Source: Bacteroidia bacterium
GTDB taxonomy: Bacteria > Bacteroidota > Bacteroidia > NS11-12g > UBA9320
Length of the DNA: 64,000 nt
NCBI GenBank assembly: GCA_017857855.1
Contig: JAFMCI010000005.1
Location: 1,760-65,759, forward strand
Direction of reading: 5' to 3'
Below the pieces are notes generated by a model, which saw only the letters and a list, made by a program, of their open reading frames with translations, was not told the DNA's origin and did no database searches. Each line of letters starts with the position of its first letter. The first letter of the stretch is position 1. Shown here one piece after another: positions 17,757 through 27,114 of this stretch. A program made the translations under genes and the position numbers.

Positions 17757-18183
17757 TATTTTCTAATATCATCCGTCTGCCTTTTGATGTAGGTGGATAG
17801 TTTTTAACCAGATAGTTAACAATTATTTCTTGATTGCCACCTAGATCCCATAATCCCTGTGTTTCCTGCATCCATTTGATGGTTTCATTCCATCGTTCTG
17901 CAGACATTCTATTTTGCGTGATAATTTTTGCTGAATGACAGCTGGTGCAATTGGTCACCACAGACATCATTCCTTCAGCTTCAAGCAAACCTGTTCTCAT
18001 ATGAATCCCATTTTCAATTAAGTCAGGATCCACAGGCGCTTCGACTATTGCAACTTCTGCGGGAGTGGTGAGGTCAATGATAAGGTAAGTTAACGACGCT
18101 GCATAAATTACAGATAGCAGAGCTGCCCATTTTATTAATCGCTTGATTTTAGATACACGTATAGAAAAATTAGTGGACGTCAT
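17731..18183 (-). CDS. Membrane-anchored monoheme cytochrome c subunit
   Basis: One N-terminal TM segment and a single CxxCH motif (CTSCH). The start codon directly abuts the stop of the molybdoenzyme gene. Confidence 0.6.
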   Translation of the reverse strand: MTSTNFSIRVSKIKRLIKWAALLSVIYAASLTYLIIDLTTPAEVAIVEAPVDPDLIENGIHMRTGLLEAEGMMSVVTNCTSCHSAKIITQNRMSAERWNETIKWMQETQGLWDLGGNQEIIVNYLVKNYPPTSKGRRMILENIEWYEMEL

Positions 18184-19449
18184 CTATTTTACTTTTACAG
18201 CTATTCTGTGACATGCATTGTTGAGGTATCCTTTAGGATTCCAACCTGGCAATAGCATGGGCTGTGCTATTCCATTACTATCTGTGGCCTTTGCCCATAT
18301 TTCGTAGTAACCAGAGGAGGGAAGTTTCACTGTGGCGGAAAAATGTTGCCACGCTAACCTATTTGCGGGTTTTTTTAATGCACAACTATTCCATGTAGAG
18401 CCAAAGTCAATAGAGTATTCCATTTTAGATACTTCTAATTCCCCAGCCCAAGCGTGCCCATTAATGATTACTGACTTACCTGCGAGAATAGCTCCCGTTT
18501 TGGGTGAGGTAATTATAGATTTTACGGGCATAGATTCAATAATGCGCATTTCCTCTTCTTTTACTTTTTCACCCGGAGCTACTGGTTTGGACGGAACCTT
18601 ATAGGCCCCAATCATTTTAGTACCATCATGTACTTTATTCCTGATACTTATTCTGTTTACCCACTTGCCAGATACTGAAGCTGGCCATCCGCCTGCAACT
18701 AAGCGCAATGGGAAACCATGTACCATTGGAATATCTTTACCGTTCATTTTAAAGGCCAATAAAGTTTCATCTTGCATAGCTTTACTCATGGGACAACCTC
18801 TAGAAATAGGTTCTTTTTTGGGGTCTTTACTAAGATGTTGATCTACTGCGTGAAAACCTATATAAACAGCATTACTTTTTATACCTACATCGTTTAAGAG
18901 ATCTTTAAGCCTGATACCTGTCCAGCTGGCACAATGCACAGCACCCAATGTCCATTGGTTCCCTTTGGCAGGTGGATCAAACTCATTTCTGCCATTACCT
19001 GCACATTCTATAGTTAATTGATATGTATATTGTTTAAACTTAGATTTCAATTCTGCCAATGTGTACGTTTTTTGTTTTGAAACAGACTCTCCATCTATAG
19101 TAAGTGTCCAATTGCTTGCGTCTAACGCTTCTGGTAGCAATCCATTATTCCGTATAAACATAGAAGCATTTGGCGTTACATTATCATTTAGTAAATGAAC
19201 CTTTGGTTCAACATTCCAAGGCTTATCATTAAGTACAGTCATTCCTTTGTTTTTGTTAAACATAGCAAACGGATCGACACCTTCCAGAGCCAAAGGAGTA
19301 TAATCTTTTGGTAGCTTAGCCCCAAATATTATTTCTGCACCTAACAGCATAGCGAATGAGCTTAAGGTGGCTTTTTTAACGAACTCTCTTCTTTTCAATT
19401 TCTTAAATGATAAGTTAATGTATGAATAAAAACGCTGCAAATTACTCAT
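18184..19449 (-). CDS. Sulfite-oxidase-fold molybdopterin oxidoreductase (SorA-like), Tat-exported
   Basis: Twin-arginine signal (KRREFVKKATL). SUOX-family segments include IECAGNGR, CASWTGIRLKDLL and GFPLRLVAGGWPAS, plus a C-terminal Ig-like dimerisation domain. Confidence 0.75.
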   Translation of the reverse strand: MSNLQRFYSYINLSFKKLKRREFVKKATLSSFAMLLGAEIIFGAKLPKDYTPLALEGVDPFAMFNKNKGMTVLNDKPWNVEPKVHLLNDNVTPNASMFIRNNGLLPEALDASNWTLTIDGESVSKQKTYTLAELKSKFKQYTYQLTIECAGNGRNEFDPPAKGNQWTLGAVHCASWTGIRLKDLLNDVGIKSNAVYIGFHAVDQHLSKDPKKEPISRGCPMSKAMQDETLLAFKMNGKDIPMVHGFPLRLVAGGWPASVSGKWVNRISIRNKVHDGTKMIGAYKVPSKPVAPGEKVKEEEMRIIESMPVKSIITSPKTGAILAGKSVIINGHAWAGELEVSKMEYSIDFGSTWNSCALKKPANRLAWQHFSATVKLPSSGYYEIWAKATDSNGIAQPMLLPGWNPKGYLNNACHRIAVKVK

Positions 19450-19450
19450 A

Positions 19451-19480
19451 GTAACAAAAGTTCAAAGTAACTTTTGTTAC
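19451..19480. repeat. Perfect 12-bp inverted repeat (gtaacaaaagtt / aacttttgttac, 6-nt spacer) abutting the SorA-like start codon
   Basis: Read directly from the sequence. Arms at 19451-19462 and 19469-19480; the start codon of the minus-strand gene is at 19447-19449. Confidence 0.9.
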
Positions 19481-19531
19481 ATATTTAAATCCTATTATCT
19501 CTAACATTGTATCATAAGAAATAAAAAATAT

Positions 19532-20227
19532 ATGAATATGTACGTTACTAAAAAAGATTTTGAAACCTCATTTACCGGCTGGTCATTTATAGTCGGTTCA
19601 CTGTTATTATGGCTTGGATGGATGATCATGCCGCATCACATTGGTGAATATATTGAAGCCTCAGACTTTACTGAAATTGGGAAAAATGTATGGTTTTGGA
19701 TATGGATGTACCGTGTTCATATTTTTGGTTGGGTTACTATGGGAATAGCCATTTTTTCATTGGTGTCTATAACCGCAATAAGACCACACAGGGTACTCAT
19801 TATTCCGGGCGCTGGTATGATTATTATTGGAACATTTACTTTAGCAATTGCAGCTGCATTCTTCTATAACTTTGGCGCTGCAGGGGTTGGCAAAACAGCA
19901 GGCATGACACCTGAAGAAATTGGAGTTTACATGCAAAGTATTTGGTCCACTAATCAATATGTGACTTGCTTTATTCGTTTTGGAAGAATATTTTCTGGCG
20001 TAGGATTTATTATCTTAGGCGCTGCTTTTGTGAAATGGAAAATTGTAGACGCATGGTTGGGTTGGTTTACCATCATATACGGACTTGTGGCTATGTGCGT
20101 GATACTTTTTATTCCAGTAAATTTTGAAATTTACAAACCACTTTTCCATGTTAAAGCCTTGTGGTTGTTAATAATGGGGGTTACTCTTTTGATTAAAGGA
20201 ATTAAATTACCCGAATCAGCTAAGTAG
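19532..20227 (+). CDS. Hypothetical polytopic membrane protein
   Basis: 231 aa with about 6 hydrophobic segments. No family recognised. Confidence 0.5.
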   Translation: MNMYVTKKDFETSFTGWSFIVGSLLLWLGWMIMPHHIGEYIEASDFTEIGKNVWFWIWMYRVHIFGWVTMGIAIFSLVSITAIRPHRVLIIPGAGMIIIGTFTLAIAAAFFYNFGAAGVGKTAGMTPEEIGVYMQSIWSTNQYVTCFIRFGRIFSGVGFIILGAAFVKWKIVDAWLGWFTIIYGLVAMCVILFIPVNFEIYKPLFHVKALWLLIMGVTLLIKGIKLPESAK

Positions 20228-20254
20228 ATCCTAACTAACAAAAAGTAAATTCAA

Positions 20255-20473
20255 ATGAATTTTATTCAAAAAAATACCAGTCTGTTTTTTCTTGCCTCTT
20301 TAACCTTAGGCTTAGCCCCTTTTTTTCCAGAGCCTCATATCATTGGTAAAGTCCAATGGCTTTTGGGAGGAGCAAAGGGTATGGCTCCAATGGATTGGTT
20401 TGATTTAATATTACATGGTAGTCCATTTGTATTACTGACAATATCATTAGTCATGAAACTGAAAAGAGATTGA
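20255..20473 (+). CDS. Small hypothetical membrane protein
   Basis: 72 aa with two hydrophobic segments (LGLAPFFPEPHIIGK...DWFDLILHG). It follows the previous gene after 27 nt. Confidence 0.45.
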   Translation: MNFIQKNTSLFFLASLTLGLAPFFPEPHIIGKVQWLLGGAKGMAPMDWFDLILHGSPFVLLTISLVMKLKRD

Positions 20474-20520
20474 CATAATATCTATCAATTGTTCTAAACA
20501 CAATTAAATACCAGCAAAAA

Positions 20521-20561
20521 AGAGGGGTAATAGTCATAAGCACTATTAACCCTCTTTTTTT
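20521..20561. terminator. Rho-independent terminator, potentially bidirectional
   Basis: 14-bp stem (agaggggtaatagt / actattaaccctct, one mismatch), 7-nt loop, T6 tail, and an A-run on the 5' side. Confidence 0.6.
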
Positions 20562-20738
20562 AGCTGGTTGAGTGCTAACAATTTAAAGATTAACCTTCTA
20601 GGGCAATTTTATTGATAATCTGATTCATTTTTCTTTTCTGATTGTTTAAGAAAATGTAAAAAAAATACAAAAAAGTCGTGACAAAACAGTGCTCTGACAT
20701 TTAAGCGTCATATAATTGCAGTTATAAAAATAATACGT

Positions 20739-22811
20739 ATGAAATACCTGCCGATACTAGGAATTGCGCTATTGTCCACTATTGTCTCTTGCAAAAAGAG
20801 TGACTTTAGTTTTGACAAGTTTAGTGATACTCAAATTAAACCAGAAGTACTTACCCCGCTTGCCAGTGCACGAGTTTTAGCTAGTAACTTGTTCCAACAA
20901 GATAGCATTATACAATATGATCCTGACGGATTAATAAGACTTACCTACAAACAAGATTCTGTATTCGAAATGAATGCAGATGAAATTCTGAAAGATGTAT
21001 CGCTTGGAAAAAGTTCATCTAAATTCAGTATTGGTGAATTGACCATTACAGGAGCTGATAAGAATTCAGACGTAACTTTAAGCGACTTATTGGTGGATGC
21101 ATCTGCTAATGACAGAGACTATATTAATTCAATAGCAGGAACTACTGATACGTTTCCTGCTTTTAGCTCGGATGAGATTTCTATGACTGTTCTTCCAAAG
21201 AGCACCGATTATGAATATCTTAATTTATCCAAAGGACACCTTGTGTTTACCGTAAGAAATGGCTTTCCTACGGTATTAAAAGCATTGCAAATTAATATAT
21301 ATGACAAAGCAGGCAGCGGAAGTCCTGTATTATTGGGCACCGTTTCGTTTTCTAATGTTCCAGCTAATGCTGTTCGTAAAGACAGTATAAATGTGGCAAA
21401 TAGAACCCTAACCAATATCCTTGGCTACGCTGTTCCAGTGGCGGATATTTCTAAAAGTAGCGGTCCTGTCCTTATTGATCTAAATGATAAAATTGACATT
21501 AATGTTTCTTACAGCAACTTAAAATGCGTGGGAGGAAAGGCGATTTTACCTGCTCAAACTATACCTACAAAAACACTTAGTATTGATTTATCTGATCCAA
21601 GTACAGCTGCGATGCTTCGAAATGTGGAATTTGGAACGGCCATACTTCCTATTAAAACTACTTCTAGCATCAACACTACTGTCAGTATAGGGATTTCTCT
21701 CCCAGATGCTACACGCAGCGGTAACCCTATCAGTACGCTGCAAATAAATGCCCCTACAGGTAATACTAGCTCTGAGATAGACCTTTCAGGAGCTAATATT
21801 TTCTTGGGAAGCAATCCGGTAAAAGATTTTAATATGCTCAGACTAAGAGTGAATACAAATATCAAGGCCAGTTCAGGTCTAGTATTGTTTGACTCGTCTG
21901 ATAACATAAATATTGAATTTAATGCTTCGACCGCTAAGTTCGAATATATAGATGGTTATTTAGGGAAAGATACCTTCGATATATCTATTGACGGTTTAGA
22001 CGTAAGTCAATTGGCTGAATTAGGAGGTGGCATTCGTATGGAAAATCCTAAAATGCACATCTTCGTTAACAACTCTTTTGGTATTCCTTTCTTAGTAGAA
22101 TTAGATATTACCGCTAGAGACGAAAAAGGCAAGAAACTTCCAATGAATGTGCAAGACATGCTTTTCCCTAATCCTAGTATTGCAGAACGTGGAACGGTAA
22201 AAACAGCTGAATTTGAGATTAACAAGAGTAATTCTGATATTGTTGAATGTTTAGGAATGCCAGCAACTGTTTTTGATATTAAAGGTAGAGCTATTATGAA
22301 TCCAAATGGATTTACGGGCTACAGCAATCACATCACCAAATCTAGTGCAATTGATTTAGGTTTTGATGCAGACATCCCTATGACGTTTACTGCAAAGAAT
22401 TTTGCTTACATAGACACACTGGACCAAGGCAATATTCTTCAAAATTTATCCGATTTTGATCTGCTGGAGCTAAAAGTAAAATCAAGTAATGGTTTCCCTT
22501 TTGGTGGAACGATAGATTTGATATTTGCGGATGCCAATTATAAGCCTATTGACTCATTGGTAAAGGTTACTCTTGTAAAATCTGCTGTTGTCAATCAAAA
22601 TGGTGATATAACCCAAAATGGTGAGAATATGAGTAGCTTTATGATGCCAGGTAGCATGTTAGATTTGTTATCTACTAAAAAGTGTGAATACATTATAATT
22701 CGTACTAACTTTAATTCTTATGACGATGGAAAAGTTCCCGTAAGTATTTATACCTCATGTGCTCTAGATGTTTCACTTGCCATTAGAGCAATTTATACAA
22801 GCGACTTATAA
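20739..22811 (+). CDS. Large hypothetical lipoprotein
   Basis: Lipoprotein signal (LLSTIVSCKK). 690 aa, Ser/Thr/Asn-rich and probably beta-rich. No family recognised. Confidence 0.55.
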   Translation: MKYLPILGIALLSTIVSCKKSDFSFDKFSDTQIKPEVLTPLASARVLASNLFQQDSIIQYDPDGLIRLTYKQDSVFEMNADEILKDVSLGKSSSKFSIGELTITGADKNSDVTLSDLLVDASANDRDYINSIAGTTDTFPAFSSDEISMTVLPKSTDYEYLNLSKGHLVFTVRNGFPTVLKALQINIYDKAGSGSPVLLGTVSFSNVPANAVRKDSINVANRTLTNILGYAVPVADISKSSGPVLIDLNDKIDINVSYSNLKCVGGKAILPAQTIPTKTLSIDLSDPSTAAMLRNVEFGTAILPIKTTSSINTTVSIGISLPDATRSGNPISTLQINAPTGNTSSEIDLSGANIFLGSNPVKDFNMLRLRVNTNIKASSGLVLFDSSDNINIEFNASTAKFEYIDGYLGKDTFDISIDGLDVSQLAELGGGIRMENPKMHIFVNNSFGIPFLVELDITARDEKGKKLPMNVQDMLFPNPSIAERGTVKTAEFEINKSNSDIVECLGMPATVFDIKGRAIMNPNGFTGYSNHITKSSAIDLGFDADIPMTFTAKNFAYIDTLDQGNILQNLSDFDLLELKVKSSNGFPFGGTIDLIFADANYKPIDSLVKVTLVKSAVVNQNGDITQNGENMSSFMMPGSMLDLLSTKKCEYIIIRTNFNSYDDGKVPVSIYTSCALDVSLAIRAIYTSDL

Positions 22812-22822
22812 TTGAATTTAGT

Positions 22823-24526
22823 ATGAAAAAAAATATCCTACTTACAATCATTTCTTTAGGCATTTTAGGAAGCTTAAATGCACAAGTATTTTACGAGTTT
22901 AATAACCGTCATTTATCACAATCTCAGTTATGGAATCCAGGTTTCATGCCACAATACAAGGCAACATTATCGGTAGGCCAAACCTACTTTGATGCACGAA
23001 TGGTGGGAACCACCCTCAACGGGCTTTTTGGGAATAGTGAAACACCTCTACAAACTGTTACACGAATGGTTGGTGAAGAAGATAAGCAATTAGGAATCGA
23101 CCTGAATCAACAATCAGATGTATTCCATTTTGGTTTCAGAAGTAAAAAATCATATTTTTCAGTAAATAGTAGCTTAATAAGTGAAACATCTATTCGTATA
23201 CCAAAAGATCTATTAGGTTTGGCTTTTTTGGGTAATAGTGCTTATATAGATAAAGATGCAGATCTTGATTTCTCTGGAAATCAATTCCGTTCATACTTAA
23301 AAAACACATTTAGCTATGGTCGTTTTATTACGGACAAACTTTCTGTAGGTGTGAATGCTTCTCTCATAAATGGTATTATGGATTTTTCTATGGATCAAGC
23401 TCGTTTTCAAGTGGGCACAGATACAGGAACATCTACTATCTATTCATTGCAACTAAGCGGTGAAATGCATGGAAGAGCCTCTGTTTTAGGCGTAGATCTT
23501 GACAAAGCAGTAAATGATTCTACCTATGACGCTAATAAAACAGCGGTAGATCAGTTGGGACAAATTCAATTAGGAACTAACCAAGGTAAAGCATTTGGCT
23601 TTGGTGCTGTTTACCGCCTAAATGAGAAATGGCGTTTTTCCGCTGCAGTTCAAAATTTAGGAAGTATTGTGTGGGATTTAGGAGCCCAAGAAATTCACAT
23701 GAATAAATCTCAATGGGAATGGAATGGTTTAGATACAAGTGAAATCAAGAACCTTGATGCAGATTTTGCAACACGATTGCAAGATACGGTTTTGGATAAA
23801 TTTGGAATCACCGGTACTGAGATTACTCCTTACACAACCAAATTAAATCCCAGATATACGCTAGGTGCAGAATTCTTTATAACTCCTCGTACCCAGGTTC
23901 AGGCATTTGGAGGTTACGGTTATGGTTCTAAAGGTGACAAAAGCTTTGTCAGTACTTCTGTGCATCAAGAGCTTGGTGAATGGGTGGACGTTAGAATGGG
24001 TTATTCTTTGTATGACTTCTCTGATCCAAACCATCGTTTAAGTTTAGGTCTGAGTTTGAACTTAGGTCCACTCCAAATTTTTGGTTCTGTAAATGATGTG
24101 TTAAGTATTGTAAATTATGGAACAACCAGTGTTAGCTCTGGAATGGTTGGGTTAAATATTAACATCGGTCGTCGAAAAGATAAAGACTATGATGAAATAC
24201 CAGACAGTAAAGACAGTTGCAGTGCAAGCTTTGGTTATTTTAAGAATAATGGCTGTCCTGATGCTTTCGTGGCTGACGCTGCAAAATACAAGACACCTAA
24301 GAAGGATGACACGCTTCAGAAAAACTCGATAGAAACGCTACCTAAAGTAATAGAAACTCTTGATAAAGAAGCCGTACCTGCTTTAATAGACACTGAAGAG
24401 CTAAAGGAAAATGAAGTTACTGAAGAAACTTCAACTCCTGAAATAGAGGTTGCGCCTCAAACTCCTGAAATTGAAGTAATTGAGAATCCAGTATCGGAAA
24501 GCACAGAAGCAATTATAATAGATTAA
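22823..24526 (+). CDS. Hypothetical outer-membrane beta-barrel-like protein with TSP3-like motif and acidic tail
   Basis: Sec signal (SLNAQ). Alternating beta-strand pattern, with an N-terminal LSQSQLWNPGF faintly reminiscent of PorP/SprF-type proteins. DKDYDEIPDSKDSC...NGCPD resembles the calcium-binding motifs of OmpA-family proteins. Acidic TPEIEV repeats at the C-terminus. Confidence 0.5.
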   Translation: MKKNILLTIISLGILGSLNAQVFYEFNNRHLSQSQLWNPGFMPQYKATLSVGQTYFDARMVGTTLNGLFGNSETPLQTVTRMVGEEDKQLGIDLNQQSDVFHFGFRSKKSYFSVNSSLISETSIRIPKDLLGLAFLGNSAYIDKDADLDFSGNQFRSYLKNTFSYGRFITDKLSVGVNASLINGIMDFSMDQARFQVGTDTGTSTIYSLQLSGEMHGRASVLGVDLDKAVNDSTYDANKTAVDQLGQIQLGTNQGKAFGFGAVYRLNEKWRFSAAVQNLGSIVWDLGAQEIHMNKSQWEWNGLDTSEIKNLDADFATRLQDTVLDKFGITGTEITPYTTKLNPRYTLGAEFFITPRTQVQAFGGYGYGSKGDKSFVSTSVHQELGEWVDVRMGYSLYDFSDPNHRLSLGLSLNLGPLQIFGSVNDVLSIVNYGTTSVSSGMVGLNINIGRRKDKDYDEIPDSKDSCSASFGYFKNNGCPDAFVADAAKYKTPKKDDTLQKNSIETLPKVIETLDKEAVPALIDTEELKENEVTEETSTPEIEVAPQTPEIEVIENPVSESTEAIIID

Positions 24527-24552
24527 AGACCAGATATCTAATTAACCATACG

Positions 24553-24585
24553 GGGAAGTAATTAAATAATTACTTCCCTTTTTTT
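24553..24585 (+). terminator. Rho-independent terminator
   Basis: Perfect 12-bp stem (gggaagtaatta / taattacttccc) followed by T7, 27 nt after the stop codon. Confidence 0.7.
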
Positions 24586-24692
24586 GTCGATTTTTATCCT
24601 ATACACCTTGCTGGTTTCTATATAAAATAGTGTGCTTACTCATGGTTTTATTTCTGAAGCCTTAACTTCGAAGCTCATTTAACGTAACCAAT

Positions 24693-25931
24693 ATGAATAT
24701 TGAAATTAAGCAGTGGTTTTTAAGTAACCTTACAACTAGTAACTCCTACGCTTCAGCACTTCTTGTTGTCATGTATCTTATCATTATTTTAGTTATTTGG
24801 TGGGTGTGTTTGCGGTTACTCCAATCATATATCCCGAAATTAACAGCTAAAACAGAAACAATGTGGGATGATATTATTTTCAATCAACGGGTAATTAAGG
24901 CATTTGCTACGCTAATTCCCGCACTTCTGGTACACCTTTTAATTCCCCAATTATTTATTGAATCTAGTCCAATACTTCCGCTACTAATCACTACTGCAGA
25001 TATTATTATTGTCTTTGTATCGGTATGGATTCTCACTTCTTTTTTTAATTCTATCAATGAAATTTTATCTGAAAAAGATCAATACAAAGGGAAACCAATT
25101 GGTAGTTTAACTCAACTCGCCAAAATATTGACTTATTGCATTGGAGGTATTTTGATTATTTCTTTACTTATTGATAAGAGTCCTGCTTTTTTGTTGAGCG
25201 GTTTAGGCGCTATTGCCGCTATACTTTTGCTCGTATTTAAGGATAGTATATTGGGTTTTGTAGCAAGTATACAACTGTCTGCCAATAATATGGTTCAGGT
25301 GGGTGACTGGGTAACTGTTCCTAATTATGGCGCCGACGGCGATGTGTTTGAAATTAACTTAACGTCCATAAAGGTTCGTAATTTTGATCTTACCATTACC
25401 ACTGTTCCTACCTATGCTTTCATTTCAGATTCGTTTACAAACTGGCGCGGGATGCAGTATTCTAGTGGGAGACGAATTAAACGTTCTATCAATATTAAAA
25501 AAGATACCATTTGTTTCTGTGATGAGGCTATGCTGGCTAAATTTCAAAAAATAGCCTTGATATCAGACTACATCACCACACAAAAACAAGTAATAGATGA
25601 TTATAACTTAAAAAACAAGATAGATACTTCTATATTGATAAATGGAAGGAATATGACCAATATAGGGGTTTTTAAAGTCTACATAGAAAATTACTTGTTG
25701 AATAATCCAGACATAAATCAATCTATGATGATAATGGTAAGACAATTGGTCCCATCTGATACAGGATTACCTTTAGAAGTATATGCATTTTGCAATAACA
25801 AAGAATGGAAAATGTATGAAAGTAATGTAGCAGACATTTTTGACCATATCTTGTCGGTGGTTCATTACTTTGATCTGGAGTTATTCGAAAACCCTTCAGG
25901 ATCTGATTTTAGAAACCTGATCAATAAATAA
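24693..25931 (+). CDS. Mechanosensitive ion channel (MscS family) protein
   Basis: N-terminal TM segments followed by an MscS-type beta domain (NMVQVGDWVTVPNYGADGDVFEINLTSIKVRNFD). Confidence 0.75.
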   Translation: MNIEIKQWFLSNLTTSNSYASALLVVMYLIIILVIWWVCLRLLQSYIPKLTAKTETMWDDIIFNQRVIKAFATLIPALLVHLLIPQLFIESSPILPLLITTADIIIVFVSVWILTSFFNSINEILSEKDQYKGKPIGSLTQLAKILTYCIGGILIISLLIDKSPAFLLSGLGAIAAILLLVFKDSILGFVASIQLSANNMVQVGDWVTVPNYGADGDVFEINLTSIKVRNFDLTITTVPTYAFISDSFTNWRGMQYSSGRRIKRSINIKKDTICFCDEAMLAKFQKIALISDYITTQKQVIDDYNLKNKIDTSILINGRNMTNIGVFKVYIENYLLNNPDINQSMMIMVRQLVPSDTGLPLEVYAFCNNKEWKMYESNVADIFDHILSVVHYFDLELFENPSGSDFRNLINK

Positions 25932-25966
25932 AATATAAGGTCAAACTAGTATCATTGTATTCTAAA

Positions 25967-27109
25967 ATGAAATTCGGTACAAAAGCCATACATGCAGGCC
26001 TCGCACCTGATAAAGCAACAGGTGCAATAATGACACCTATCTACCAAACCAGCACATACGTGCAAGAGGGAATAGGAGAACACAAAGGATATCAGTACAG
26101 TAGAACCGGTAATCCTACGCGTAGTGCGCTAGAATCCAACTTGGCTGCTTTAGAAAACGGAAAATACGGTGCTTGTTTCGGTAGTGGATTAGCGGCCATT
26201 GATTGCGTAATCAAAATGCTAAATCCGGGGGATGAAGTAATTTCAACTAATGACTTATACGGTGGTTCATACCGTTTGTTTACCACGATTTTTGCCAAAT
26301 ACGGTATTGTCTTTCACTTTGTAGACATGTTGGATGTAAAGCATATTGAAGCTGTTGTAACACCCAATACAAGGTTAATCTGGGTAGAAACACCTACAAA
26401 TCCGATGATGAATATTATCGATATTGAAGCAGTTGCAAACATTGCCCAAAAAGCCAATGCCCTATTGGGAGTAGACAATACCTTTGCTACGCCATACTTA
26501 CAAAATCCACTAGACTTAGGAGCAGATATAGTTATGCACTCTGCTACTAAATACTTGGGTGGTCATAGTGATGTGATAATGGGAGCACTAGTATGTAAAG
26601 ACCCGATTATCGCGAATGAAATGTATCGCATCCAGAATAGCTCTGGAGCTATAACAGCTCCCATGGATTCATTCTTGGTACTGAGAGGTATAAAAACACT
26701 TCATTTACGCATGCAACGTCATTGCGAGAATGGTGAAAAAATAGCTCGTTGGTTACAAAAAAATCCTAAGGTAGATAAGGTATATTGGCCAGGTTTTGAT
26801 AGCCACACCAATCATATTATAGCTAAGAAACAAATGCGCGGATTTGGCGGAATGATTTCTTTTAACCTAAAAGGAAATGACTTGGATGATGCCAAAAAAA
26901 TAGTATCCAATACCCATTTATTTGCGCTCGCCGAAAGTTTAGGAGGGGTTGAAAGTCTTATCGGTCATCCAGCTACCATGACGCACGGCAGTATTCCTAA
27001 GGAAGTTCGGGAGCAGTCGGGTATCGTCGATTCACTAATACGCCTTAGCGTGGGAGTGGAGGATGCAGATGACCTAATTGCTGATTTGCAAATGGCTTTT
27101 GATGCCTGA
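25967..27109 (+). CDS. Trans-sulfuration PLP enzyme (cystathionine gamma-synthase / beta- or gamma-lyase family)
   Basis: MKFGTKAIHAG, YSRTGNPT, VDNTFATPYLQNPL and HSATKYLGGHSDV (PLP lysine). I place the start at ATG 25967; the track start at 25955 is a TTG. Confidence 0.85.
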   Translation: MKFGTKAIHAGLAPDKATGAIMTPIYQTSTYVQEGIGEHKGYQYSRTGNPTRSALESNLAALENGKYGACFGSGLAAIDCVIKMLNPGDEVISTNDLYGGSYRLFTTIFAKYGIVFHFVDMLDVKHIEAVVTPNTRLIWVETPTNPMMNIIDIEAVANIAQKANALLGVDNTFATPYLQNPLDLGADIVMHSATKYLGGHSDVIMGALVCKDPIIANEMYRIQNSSGAITAPMDSFLVLRGIKTLHLRMQRHCENGEKIARWLQKNPKVDKVYWPGFDSHTNHIIAKKQMRGFGGMISFNLKGNDLDDAKKIVSNTHLFALAESLGGVESLIGHPATMTHGSIPKEVREQSGIVDSLIRLSVGVEDADDLIADLQMAFDA

Positions 27110-27114
27110 GCAAA

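Noticed and set aside
25932-25966. SAM-type riboswitch upstream of the trans-sulfuration gene.
   Set aside because: Only 35 nt separate it from the MscS gene, which is not enough sequence for any SAM riboswitch class.
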